From the IMG/VR virus record IMGVR_UViG_3300045988_010351: a stretch of DNA of 64,000 nt. One strand, given 5' to 3'. The notes beneath the pieces were generated by a model. The model searched no databases, was not told the DNA's origin, and saw nothing but the letters and a program-made list of their open reading frames with translations. Positions 44,791-54,401 of this stretch are shown in pieces (the first letter of the stretch is position 1; the number at the start of each line of letters is the position of its first letter). Both the position numbers and the translations under genes were made by a program. Source of the DNA: a virus.

Positions 44791-46611
44791 TTAATATCCA
44801 TAAGGATTAAACTCTTGTTCATTTGTCGTATTCTGTACTCCTAATTGAGAATGGAATAAGTAAGCTTCTTGAAGTGCCCTATTGTATTCATTTTGGACTT
44901 TCTCAGGAGTAGCAGTTATAGTTGTACCTATAGGTATGTTATTTAATCTTGCATAACTATCAGGTATTCTTATTCTACCTCCTCTCCTGTTGTTCTGTAA
45001 TACTTCAATCCACTTCATTCTTGCATCCCTATTCTGCTCATTAGTTGTATTAATACCAGCAGGCATTCTATATCTCCTTACATTACCCTTATCATCTTGT
45101 ATCATTACAGTACTACCATAAGGACTAAATCTTGTAGCAGTTACTTTATACTTGTCACTCTTCAAGTCTTCCATGGTAATTTCCTTACCTGTATCCTTGA
45201 ATCTCTTAGATTTACTATCATAATCAACTTCTTTAAGAGTAGTTCCTCTACCAGCAGTCATAATAGCATCCTTCATATCACCCTGTTGAGTACCTGCAAT
45301 AGTATAATCATACTCAGTAACTTTTGTAGCATCATATTTTGCAGTTTTTGCACTTGGATTATTTGCCACGTAGTTACCCCATAGTCTACCTATTCTTGAT
45401 GAGTCCCATCCAGACCCCTCTTTCATATTCATATTACCACCTATACTATCAAGGAATTTCTTAAAGTTAGTAGGAGTAAATTTTTTATTATTAGTTGCTA
45501 CCTGAGTTTCTGCATTTAGTAATCTTGCAGTACCTCCTCCTGAACCTGTTACTCTTATATTTGGAGTAGCATTTCTTCTATATTCTGCTAGACCTGCTGT
45601 TGTAAGTCTTACTCTACCCTTTGCATCAGTATAAAAATACTTAGAGTATTTCTTTATATTATCCTTATAGTCTTGCTCAGCCTTACTTAGTTCTCTATTA
45701 CTGTAAATGTTCAAAGGATTAATGGCAAGACTATTTAGGTTAGCTTGTTTTTGAGCTTCTGCTGCTCTCTTCTCTGCTCTAATCTTCATAGCCTCCTCTT
45801 CAGCCATCTTAGCTCTCCAGTTATCAAGAACTTGGTATTGAGTTTCACCAACTGCACTCCATAGACCTTGTTTAGCATAGTCAATAGCTCTTGCAATAGT
45901 AGCTTGGTCTCCCCAGTTTCTAACACCACTTGAATTAATGGCATCTTCAACAATCCTTGTAAGTTGAGGAGCAGCATTAGGATTATCCTGTATAGCCTGT
46001 AATACTGCTTGAGAACTAAAGCCTTTCTGCATCATAGATTCATAATATGAATTACCTAAAATATTTCTCCACTTCCTTGGTTTCTCTTGCATTTCCTTAG
46101 CCAATGCAGATGCAGCTTGTGCAGCTTGTGCAGTAATTAACTTACCTGAATATGCTTCATAAGCTAACTGTGGATTCTTTATATAATCATCAAGACTTGT
46201 AGTTGAGGCTCTTCTACTTAGCATCAATGTTGGGTCTTGAAGAAGTGCTTGTTGTTGTTGCTCTGCTTGCTTTTGTCTTGTTGCATAGGCTTGTTCAATA
46301 GGAGTTATCTCCTTACTGTACCTTGCTTTCATATTAAGCATATCCCTTCTACTTGTAGCATTAAGTCCTTCCCTTGCTAACTGACCAGCTTGCTCTTCGA
46401 GGTCATTTGCATAGGTCTTATACATTTTGTAAGCATAAGGGTCAGTCTGTTCATTAGCCATTTTATCCCATATATTTGCCTTAGTAGAGAGTTCCCCATA
46501 TTGGTCCTCTAATGCTTGATGAGCTTGGGTAGCCATCAAGGTTGGAGCCAGCATTTCTTGATAAGAGAAGGGCTTGAATTGCGAATTTATAATTAGTGAA
46601 TAGTTAGCCAT
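44791..46611 (-). CDS. virion protein (606 aa), alpha-helical/basic, putative internal or ejected protein
   Basis: ORF tightly packed between the giant gene and the Gly-rich protein gene. Gln/Ala-rich helical segments. Confidence 0.5.
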   Translation of the reverse strand: MANYSLIINSQFKPFSYQEMLAPTLMATQAHQALEDQYGELSTKANIWDKMANEQTDPYAYKMYKTYANDLEEQAGQLAREGLNATSRRDMLNMKARYSKEITPIEQAYATRQKQAEQQQQALLQDPTLMLSRRASTTSLDDYIKNPQLAYEAYSGKLITAQAAQAASALAKEMQEKPRKWRNILGNSYYESMMQKGFSSQAVLQAIQDNPNAAPQLTRIVEDAINSSGVRNWGDQATIARAIDYAKQGLWSAVGETQYQVLDNWRAKMAEEEAMKIRAEKRAAEAQKQANLNSLAINPLNIYSNRELSKAEQDYKDNIKKYSKYFYTDAKGRVRLTTAGLAEYRRNATPNIRVTGSGGGTARLLNAETQVATNNKKFTPTNFKKFLDSIGGNMNMKEGSGWDSSRIGRLWGNYVANNPSAKTAKYDATKVTEYDYTIAGTQQGDMKDAIMTAGRGTTLKEVDYDSKSKRFKDTGKEITMEDLKSDKYKVTATRFSPYGSTVMIQDDKGNVRRYRMPAGINTTNEQNRDARMKWIEVLQNNRRGGRIRIPDSYARLNNIPIGTTITATPEKVQNEYNRALQEAYLFHSQLGVQNTTNEQEFNPYGY

Positions 46612-46612
46612 A

Positions 46613-48883
46613 TTACTTCTTCTTAATAGTTAAATAACCACCCTTAGCTTTCTTATTCTTAGCTTTACTAGCTTTATTAGCTTCTTCTCTTACTGTGGCC
46701 TTTTCAGCTTCACTAAGGTCTTCATAACCATTCTTATATGTAATCTTACCCTTGTTATCAATAGAATAGTATAAAGCAGGATTACTCATAATCATATTTC
46801 TGCTATACTCTTCTCTACCAATATCTCCAAGAGAATTAAAGAGGTTAGTAAGGTTAGCACTCATACTTGCAACTCTTCTTGCATCAACAGCATCTCTTAC
46901 TGTCATAGCCTGTGCAACACCACTTAGTCTTGAACTTCTTGCCTTTAAGGCAGCTTCTTGATTTGCCATTGCAGCCTTGAGTCCCATCTCAGCATTAGCT
47001 TGATTAGTGCCCCTATTAAATTGTTCAACAGCTTGTCTTTGTGCTAAGTTATACTCCTCAGCTTGTCTTGCAAGGTCTCCTAATTTACCCTGTGCATTGT
47101 AATCAGCAGCTAATAGACCAGCCAGTGCTGTTGCTCTGTTTCCTGCACTTTGATTTACAATAGCTCTTCTAGTAGCACCAGATTGTGCATTAAGTTTATT
47201 TATATAATAGTTCCTATCAAATGGTTGGTAGGTTAAATAATCACCCAATGGATTAAACCCAATTGGGGTATATCTTCCTGCTTCATTAGCTGCATTAAGT
47301 ATAGCATCTGAACTTGAATAGTCAGGCTTACTGAATATATTTTGTCCAAGACCTATTGCAGCACCTACTACAGGAGCATATCTCAGTGCAGTAAGGTCAA
47401 ATTTTTTATCATTAGGTTTATCATTAGTTTCTTTATTAACAGTAGATTCTGCTGTTTGTATATCCTCTATAGGTACTCCTAAATGTGAAGCTCTGGAGTA
47501 TGTTAAACCTTCAGGGGTAAGAATACCATTATTATCATATATAGGTGTAGGAACAGTTTGGTCAGGAACACTGGCTCCAAAAAGATGTGCATCTCTAGAA
47601 AGATTTAAGAAATTATCATCTGGCCCAGGGCCATCAAATAATGTACCCATTCTACCACCATGTGCATATTGTATTCCTTCTTGACCTACTTGATTCTGTT
47701 GTCTTATAGCTTCTTGAGCTTGCTGTAATTTTGACATAGCACTCATGAGGCCCCTCTTACTTATTGGGTCATTAGGTCTTTCCTCACTTTCCTTTTGTAA
47801 TTTCTTTGCAGCTTTTGCAAAAGTAAGGTTCTTACCTTTACTCAAACCTAGAGAACTCCTTATACTATTGGGAACATTCATTCTATCACTAAATACATAA
47901 TCATTAAAGATAACTTCTCCCTCTTCAACAAGGTTAGGAGTTCCTTGGTCATCTACACCCATTTGTACACCCTCCATAGGGTTTTCTTCATGAGTGCCTC
48001 CATTACCTATCATAATAAGGCCATTACTAAAATCTCCCCCATTAGTATTAAGGTCTCCACCAAAAGCATGTTTCCATTTCCTAGCATTAAGAGCAAAGGT
48101 AGCCATCTTCCTTTGTTCAGGAGTACCATGCTCTTTATACCAAGTAGAAGATTTTCCTGTTCTCTCTTTTAATCTAGTAAATTTACCTCTATTTTCAGGT
48201 TTAATATGTATATTACCACCATCAGCAAAAGTATTACCAAAGGGTGACATTGTTCCTGTATATCTCATAGTTAGTGGTCCTCCATATGCTGCATAGTTAG
48301 CAAGAGCATTTAAGTCATTTTGTGTATCAACATTCTCAGCAGTAGCCCCAAAGTTAGCTATAGCTTGTTGGTTAGCTCTCTCTCTTTGCCTATTAAGCTC
48401 TGCTGTAAGATTCTTAGCCTTGTCACTAAACCAACCATCCTTACCAATATCAGACCTGTTTATATTACCTAACAGACCAAAGTTAGACTGGTCTAATAGG
48501 TCTGTCGTATTTGAGGCAGCAAACTGCATATTGCTCTGTTGTGTATTAGCAGCTTTGGCTTCTTGCACTGCCTGTTCATTTATTTGACTGCCAAAGGCTT
48601 TATTTACCAAGCCTCCAACTATATTAAGTCCAGCTCCAGCTATAGCACCCCAAGGGCCAGGAATAGCACTAGCTATGCTACCTAATCCTTGCATAGCATT
48701 GCCTACTCCAGAGGATAGTCCTCCTGAAATACCTTGACCTGCCATAGAACTAGCAGCACCTACAACACTATTAAGTGCTCCACTATTAAAGGCATTACCT
48801 AAGTTTTTTCCAAAACTTAAATTTTTATCCCAAACAGGGCCACCATTATAAAAATAGTTTGCTTTTCTTTTTTTCTTAGTCAT
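46613..48883 (-). CDS. Gly-rich virion protein (about 756 aa)
   Basis: N-terminal G/S/A-rich repeats (GQGISGGLSSGVGNAMQGLGSIASAIPGPWGAIAGAGLNIVGG). Lys-rich C-terminus. The track start at 48907 is TTG and overlaps the -7 box of the promoter; the first ATG (48883) fits a leader of about 15 nt. Confidence 0.5.
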   Translation of the reverse strand: MTKKKRKANYFYNGGPVWDKNLSFGKNLGNAFNSGALNSVVGAASSMAGQGISGGLSSGVGNAMQGLGSIASAIPGPWGAIAGAGLNIVGGLVNKAFGSQINEQAVQEAKAANTQQSNMQFAASNTTDLLDQSNFGLLGNINRSDIGKDGWFSDKAKNLTAELNRQRERANQQAIANFGATAENVDTQNDLNALANYAAYGGPLTMRYTGTMSPFGNTFADGGNIHIKPENRGKFTRLKERTGKSSTWYKEHGTPEQRKMATFALNARKWKHAFGGDLNTNGGDFSNGLIMIGNGGTHEENPMEGVQMGVDDQGTPNLVEEGEVIFNDYVFSDRMNVPNSIRSSLGLSKGKNLTFAKAAKKLQKESEERPNDPISKRGLMSAMSKLQQAQEAIRQQNQVGQEGIQYAHGGRMGTLFDGPGPDDNFLNLSRDAHLFGASVPDQTVPTPIYDNNGILTPEGLTYSRASHLGVPIEDIQTAESTVNKETNDKPNDKKFDLTALRYAPVVGAAIGLGQNIFSKPDYSSSDAILNAANEAGRYTPIGFNPLGDYLTYQPFDRNYYINKLNAQSGATRRAIVNQSAGNRATALAGLLAADYNAQGKLGDLARQAEEYNLAQRQAVEQFNRGTNQANAEMGLKAAMANQEAALKARSSRLSGVAQAMTVRDAVDARRVASMSANLTNLFNSLGDIGREEYSRNMIMSNPALYYSIDNKGKITYKNGYEDLSEAEKATVREEANKASKAKNKKAKGGYLTIKKK

Positions 48884-48897
48884 AGTATACTTATTAA

Positions 48898-48935
48898 TTT
48901 TTTGCAAAGATAATAAATCATTTTTGAATATGAAA
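48898..48935 (-). promoter_or_regulatory. Bacteroidetes-type promoter (-33 TTTC, -7 TATCTTTG)
   Basis: On the - strand, TATCTTTG (+ coords 48905-48912) is a perfect TAnnTTTG. TTTC lies 19 nt upstream (+ 48932-48935). ATG at 48883. Confidence 0.45.
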
Positions 48936-48940
48936 GACTT

Positions 48941-48990
48941 ATATGAAAAAAGTAGTGGTAGACAAATTAAATAACTTATCTACCACTACT
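48941..48990 (-). terminator. intrinsic terminator after the 1565 aa gene
   Basis: Perfect 12 bp stem AGTAGTGGTAGA (48951-48962) / TCTACCACTACT (48979-48990). 16-nt loop. On the - strand it is followed by a T6 run (complement of 48945-48950). Confidence 0.45.
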
Positions 48991-49002
48991 ACTCTTGTTT
49001 AT

Positions 49003-52000
49003 TTAGATATAATAAGTAACTGCCAAATCATATAACCTTACTTCAGTGTCACTATTACCTACCATTGTAATTTTAGCCCAAGGATTTCTTACTCTGTCTC
49101 TACTATTAGTGTTTCTACCAATTTGCCATCTCCAAGTTCTAAACTTTTTCTTTAGAGAACTTGTAGTAGATATTGCTGTCTGGTATTCATTTGTAGTAAC
49201 TAGAGAATTGAAAGGGTAACTATCAGCTTTCCAGTTAATGAAATGTTCTATGCCATTAGTCCTAAACTCTACAGTATCAAATATCTTATCAAGCTGGAAC
49301 TCAGGATTAGCTATAACAGCAAGAGAGTATCCTTTATTTTCTCCAAAGAAAATACCATAGTCTTTTCCTCCCTGTAACTTCCAAATCTTATTTCCTTTTA
49401 TCTGATAAGTATTACCTTCAACATTGAACATCCACTCTACCTTACCATAGTCATAGAATGAAGAGAATGCACCTAACCTTTCACTGAAAGCCAGTGAGTC
49501 TGTACTTGTTGTGAAGTAAATATCACTGTTGTTCCTGTCATAGAATGTTCTAATAGCACCATAGTCTTCAAGATTCCATGAATCTAAAGATACATTATTA
49601 TTTATCCAAGAGTACATGTTCTTGGTATATGCAAGGTCTACTATGTTCTGTCCATTAAAGGATAAGATACCTTGATTTAGGTCATCTACAAAATACAACC
49701 CACTAGGTGTCTCTGCTATAGACCATTTATTTTGGCATCCATACTTGTCAGTCAGATATACTTTACCATCTACTTTACCACTATTAGCAATCTCAATAGG
49801 TACTCCATCTGAAGCATTTATCTGCACTCTAGGATTAAAGATGACTTTACTGATACCTGTATCTTGGAAAGCATATATGTCATTATTAAACCTTCTTAGT
49901 GCCTGAAGTCCACCCTTATCCCCATCCAAGTCCATTACATTAGCAGCATTGATATTAGTCCAAGAATCTATATCTTCTCCTAATGTCTTAGTTTTAGACC
50001 ACATTATCTGATTTGGGAATCTAATAACAGATGTATCATCCTCTCTCAGATAAGCATAATTGAAGAAAGTATTCCTTTGGGAATATACCTTGTTGAACAA
50101 GTTGAAGTTAGTAGGAGAAACAGCCAAGTTATTTTTATTACCCCTATTTCTGTCATACCTACCATCTACATTTATCCTAGTTTCACAGCAAAAAGATACT
50201 ATATCAACTATTCTATTGACATTATCATTAGCTAATGGATAAGTCTTTAAGTGGTCATATCTCCCCAAGAATGTATCTCCTTGATTTCCGTATAGTGTAA
50301 CAGTACCACTATTAGTAAAATATACAATGTCCCCACAAGGACACCAAGTGTTATTAGCCTTAGCTTGTTCTGAAGTACCTCCAAACCTGTTGGTTACATT
50401 ATCCCTGTATAATTCTCCTACTATAAAGTAATAAGCAGCGTCATCATTTGTATCATCAATTGTTCTATGTTGTAGATTAAAATTCAACAAATCAGATGTA
50501 GTTCTTATCTCCTTTTGATAAATACCTGTATACGAATTAACTTCATCTTTTGATAACCATGCTATTGGTAAATAGGCACCATCTTCATAGAATGGGTATC
50601 CTACTGTTTCATTGTCATAGTCACCATTTGATATATTTGGAAGTATTTCATATCTCCCTGCATATTCTCCCTTTTTGACCTTATCAAATGCAAATACTGC
50701 ATGTCCCGTTGATTTATATTGTATTGGTATAGGGTCTGAACTATAAATATTTCTTGGGGATATAAAGCCTCCAAGGTTTCCTATCTTATCAACTTTCGTA
50801 TACTTATAATTACTTTCTCTAGGATATTGTAAGTCTAATGGAACATCATTATATGGGTTAGTATTATAGTACCAATTTTGGACTCTTATTTTATGCTCAT
50901 CATAATTTCCATCTCCTTCACAAGTGAGTATTTTATCTATATTTCCTCTATATATAATGCCAGTAGAAGTTCCCCACATATCCTTAGTATTTAGTACTTT
51001 TATGGCACTATTAGTATCTGTATCATTCCACAGTTCTACATTAGAAATATTCATATTATATTCTTCACCTAAGTATACAGAGGGTAAACATATCCTTAAA
51101 GAAGACATGACTTTAGTCTTTAGTAGAGACTTTCTATTTTCAGAGGAATCTGTTTTACCTTGATTGGATAAAGAACCATTTCTATGCCAAGGATATATTG
51201 GATAACTTGCTGCTCCCATTATACCATCTTTATTACCTGGGTAAGTCTCATTAGTACCAAGAGCTATGCCATCTATCCACATAGGGTAATTAATCAGAGA
51301 ATATCCTGATATATGAGAAGGAGATGCACTAGGGGATTCTATATTATCATTATATAATCCACTATAATTAGGAACAAATGGATTTGTATAGGAAACATCT
51401 ATATCTGATAATGTGGTCTTTACAGGAGCAAATCCAACTACTCTAAACTTTACTCCACTCAGTGATATATTCTGAATATCATCATTGAAAGAATCATCTA
51501 ATTCTGGAGAGTGCAGAGTTACTACCCTTTTTTCAACCCCAAAGGCATTCTTAAAATTATCAGCAATATCTTCTCTAGTAGGCGTTCTTAAATAATAATC
51601 TGTTGCTTTTGGAGTATTCACAACCCCAAATATTTCAGAGTTAAAACATTCTGAGTCAGGTAATCCAATAACAGCATCTTTATATTTGTAATTTTCCTTA
51701 ATAGATTTAGATACCATCCTATATTCCAAAGGTGCTCCTCTCTGTAAAAGAGACTCAGTACTTTTATCTGACATATAGGCTGTACCAAATTTATTGTATC
51801 TAGAATAAGATGGTCTAGCAAACCAAGAAGATTGCACATAAGGAGAGTTATCATTTCTATCTCCTAAGTTATATACTGTAGGACATACTATACCTTGGCA
51901 TAATACATTTCTGTCATAGATAGTAGGATATACACATACTAATCTTGCTGCAATATATTCCTTTGTTATACCCTCAGGAATATAGACCTTTGCTTTCATA

Positions 52001-53700
52001 ATTGGTCTTTGTCTTATACCATCGTTGTATGTATTAGGAACTACTCTAAGGGAATTTTCCTTGTCTCCTAAATATACTACTTCAGACCATACTCCTCTTT
52101 TTGAGAGGAACTGTACTCCAAATCTGTAGACTTCTCCTTTCTGAAAGAATGTAATATCCTTGCTACTTCTTAATAAATTGCTGTTAGTATTCCATTGAAT
52201 ATCTAGATAAGAGCTATCATCACTATTATCAGTGACATTCTCTAATATATATTCCAGAGTACTTTTGGCTTCCACCTTATCCTTATCTGTATCTTCTATA
52301 AAGGACTTCTCTGTGCTTATGTTACCAAGAAACAGAGTGCCATCCTTATGTGACAAAGTACCTGCTATTAACTCTGTGCCTCCAAGATATAATAATTCTG
52401 ATGGGTCTACAGCAGTTCCTGTAGTCCCTGTATCATATATTACAGTTCCACTTATAGTTTTTTTACCTATGATTGGTTCTACACCCGATTCACCTAATGG
52501 ATTATCACCATCTGCTATAGTCAATTGGTATTTCTTTTCTACTCTTTGGTCATTAGTAATAGTTGGCCATAGCATCTTTGCAGACTTATTGGCTGGTATA
52601 GTGTATGTTATACCTGTGCTTCTATCTGTTATATAGAAAGGCTCATTTGTATCAACATCTATTGGGCTACTACCTAGTTGTACTCTTGGGTTTACTATAG
52701 CACAATCATATTGCTGTGTTACTAAATCTGTACCTCTGTACACTTTAGACTCTTGCCCAAGTCTCAATATATTATCAATAAGACCTGAACTAATAGGGTC
52801 ATTATCACCATACCTTAATAAGAAAGGATTGCTTACATTATTTGTCAATGAAAATGCAGAATACTCTTCATCATAACTTGACTCAGTTTTGAAATCTCCT
52901 ATATATTCCACAGAGGGAGTAGCATCTATAGAGGTTCTCATTATTCTATAAATTCTACAATAATCAAAACTATTACTAAGATTTTTGATTACTAGCTTAA
53001 ATGCAGATGCTGACTTCTGTGTACCATCAGGGTTTAACCCTCTACCATTATCAGAAGTATAATATAGTGCAGACTGATATATTGCAGGAGTTTCTTGACC
53101 ATGCTTATTAAAGTAAGCAATTGCATATTGCACTACACCACCATCAAATACAGCATTAACTCCAGGTGCTATACTCACTTCCAATTGTATAGGAGAGACT
53201 TTGCTATCACCTACTATTTTGGGAATGAAATCAAATTGAGTATCATTTCCTTCGTTATAACTATTGCATATATTTATTAGTCTGGGCTGATTTTTACCAT
53301 CTACCCAATATACTTTCTGAATCTCTTCATTCTCATATATGCCTATACTTTCTATAGGATGGCCAGTATCAAAGCCTAAATTTCCTCTATATAACTCAGA
53401 CTCCTTCTGTAGTTTACCATCAATACTTGCTATCTTATAAATTGCATCTGGCTTATCTTCTCCTAAACCAGTTACAAATAGGATAGCATAGTTATTGATT
53501 ACTTGAGTGCCAATAACAGTACCTTGTATTGTGAGTACTTCGGAATTGCTTTTCTCATTGACAAGACATAATGAGGTATTATCACCAGTAGTAACTACCC
53601 TCATGTTCCTAATGGTATATGCAGCATTAGCAGGAAATTGACTAACTGCCAAATCCTGCTGCATACTTTTAGGTATTATGGATACTTGCTTCTTTTGCAT
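49003..53700 (-). CDS. large virion/tail structural protein (1565 aa)
   Basis: 4.7 kb ORF. Repetitive Asn/Tyr/Gly/Thr-rich beta-type composition typical of tail hub/fiber/spike proteins. No catalytic motif recognised. Confidence 0.55.
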   Translation of the reverse strand: MQKKQVSIIPKSMQQDLAVSQFPANAAYTIRNMRVVTTGDNTSLCLVNEKSNSEVLTIQGTVIGTQVINNYAILFVTGLGEDKPDAIYKIASIDGKLQKESELYRGNLGFDTGHPIESIGIYENEEIQKVYWVDGKNQPRLINICNSYNEGNDTQFDFIPKIVGDSKVSPIQLEVSIAPGVNAVFDGGVVQYAIAYFNKHGQETPAIYQSALYYTSDNGRGLNPDGTQKSASAFKLVIKNLSNSFDYCRIYRIMRTSIDATPSVEYIGDFKTESSYDEEYSAFSLTNNVSNPFLLRYGDNDPISSGLIDNILRLGQESKVYRGTDLVTQQYDCAIVNPRVQLGSSPIDVDTNEPFYITDRSTGITYTIPANKSAKMLWPTITNDQRVEKKYQLTIADGDNPLGESGVEPIIGKKTISGTVIYDTGTTGTAVDPSELLYLGGTELIAGTLSHKDGTLFLGNISTEKSFIEDTDKDKVEAKSTLEYILENVTDNSDDSSYLDIQWNTNSNLLRSSKDITFFQKGEVYRFGVQFLSKRGVWSEVVYLGDKENSLRVVPNTYNDGIRQRPIMKAKVYIPEGITKEYIAARLVCVYPTIYDRNVLCQGIVCPTVYNLGDRNDNSPYVQSSWFARPSYSRYNKFGTAYMSDKSTESLLQRGAPLEYRMVSKSIKENYKYKDAVIGLPDSECFNSEIFGVVNTPKATDYYLRTPTREDIADNFKNAFGVEKRVVTLHSPELDDSFNDDIQNISLSGVKFRVVGFAPVKTTLSDIDVSYTNPFVPNYSGLYNDNIESPSASPSHISGYSLINYPMWIDGIALGTNETYPGNKDGIMGAASYPIYPWHRNGSLSNQGKTDSSENRKSLLKTKVMSSLRICLPSVYLGEEYNMNISNVELWNDTDTNSAIKVLNTKDMWGTSTGIIYRGNIDKILTCEGDGNYDEHKIRVQNWYYNTNPYNDVPLDLQYPRESNYKYTKVDKIGNLGGFISPRNIYSSDPIPIQYKSTGHAVFAFDKVKKGEYAGRYEILPNISNGDYDNETVGYPFYEDGAYLPIAWLSKDEVNSYTGIYQKEIRTTSDLLNFNLQHRTIDDTNDDAAYYFIVGELYRDNVTNRFGGTSEQAKANNTWCPCGDIVYFTNSGTVTLYGNQGDTFLGRYDHLKTYPLANDNVNRIVDIVSFCCETRINVDGRYDRNRGNKNNLAVSPTNFNLFNKVYSQRNTFFNYAYLREDDTSVIRFPNQIMWSKTKTLGEDIDSWTNINAANVMDLDGDKGGLQALRRFNNDIYAFQDTGISKVIFNPRVQINASDGVPIEIANSGKVDGKVYLTDKYGCQNKWSIAETPSGLYFVDDLNQGILSFNGQNIVDLAYTKNMYSWINNNVSLDSWNLEDYGAIRTFYDRNNSDIYFTTSTDSLAFSERLGAFSSFYDYGKVEWMFNVEGNTYQIKGNKIWKLQGGKDYGIFFGENKGYSLAVIANPEFQLDKIFDTVEFRTNGIEHFINWKADSYPFNSLVTTNEYQTAISTTSSLKKKFRTWRWQIGRNTNSRDRVRNPWAKITMVGNSDTEVRLYDLAVTYYI

Positions 53701-53702
53701 AG

Positions 53703-54401
53703 TTATTGTAGTTTAATATATTCTCTTCTTCCCAATTGTTTCATGCCTTTACTATGCTCATTATTTCTTTGCAATAACTGAGTCCACATATTACTGATGG
53801 ACTCCATTTGGTCTATAGTAGGCATAGTTAAATCTCTTTGGGCTTGACCAACTGCCCAAGCATATTCTTGCTGAGTATTCTGTAATACTGCATTATTAAT
53901 TTTACCTTGGTCAAAGAGAATAGTAAATACTTTTTTCTTAATATAAAGTTCTAATGCTTGTATAAAGCTACTATTTTCAGGTATCATAGGATAACCTTCT
54001 TTATCAACTTTAATTGCATGATAAGCTATCTCTATAGTACCCTCTTTAATAGAAGTATAAATAATACTATTTTGTAACTTGTAGGTTAAATCCCAAGTAT
54101 CTGAATCTCCTTTCTTAGGACTATGATGGAAACTATCTGTAGTATATCTAAATACTCTAGGACAATATTCTCCCTCCTTATAAGTTCTTACCTGTATCAT
54201 ATCATAGTAATCACAAGGTAAGCACCCTCTGTAATCCTTTATGTCAATCAAGGCTGTCTTTTCTTCAAACTCATTAGGCACTCCTACAATTTGTAAAAAG
54301 TGTACAGTATAATTTACTACCCTTTCAAAAGATAGGTCTTGCAGTAGAGGATGCTCTAACAAGTCATCTAATGCCTGTTTTATACTTATATAGTTAACCA
54401 T
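53703..54401 (-). CDS. hypothetical structural-module protein (232 aa)
   Basis: ORF; its stop is 2 nt from the next start. Confidence 0.45.
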   Translation of the reverse strand: MVNYISIKQALDDLLEHPLLQDLSFERVVNYTVHFLQIVGVPNEFEEKTALIDIKDYRGCLPCDYYDMIQVRTYKEGEYCPRVFRYTTDSFHHSPKKGDSDTWDLTYKLQNSIIYTSIKEGTIEIAYHAIKVDKEGYPMIPENSSFIQALELYIKKKVFTILFDQGKINNAVLQNTQQEYAWAVGQAQRDLTMPTIDQMESISNMWTQLLQRNNEHSKGMKQLGRREYIKLQ

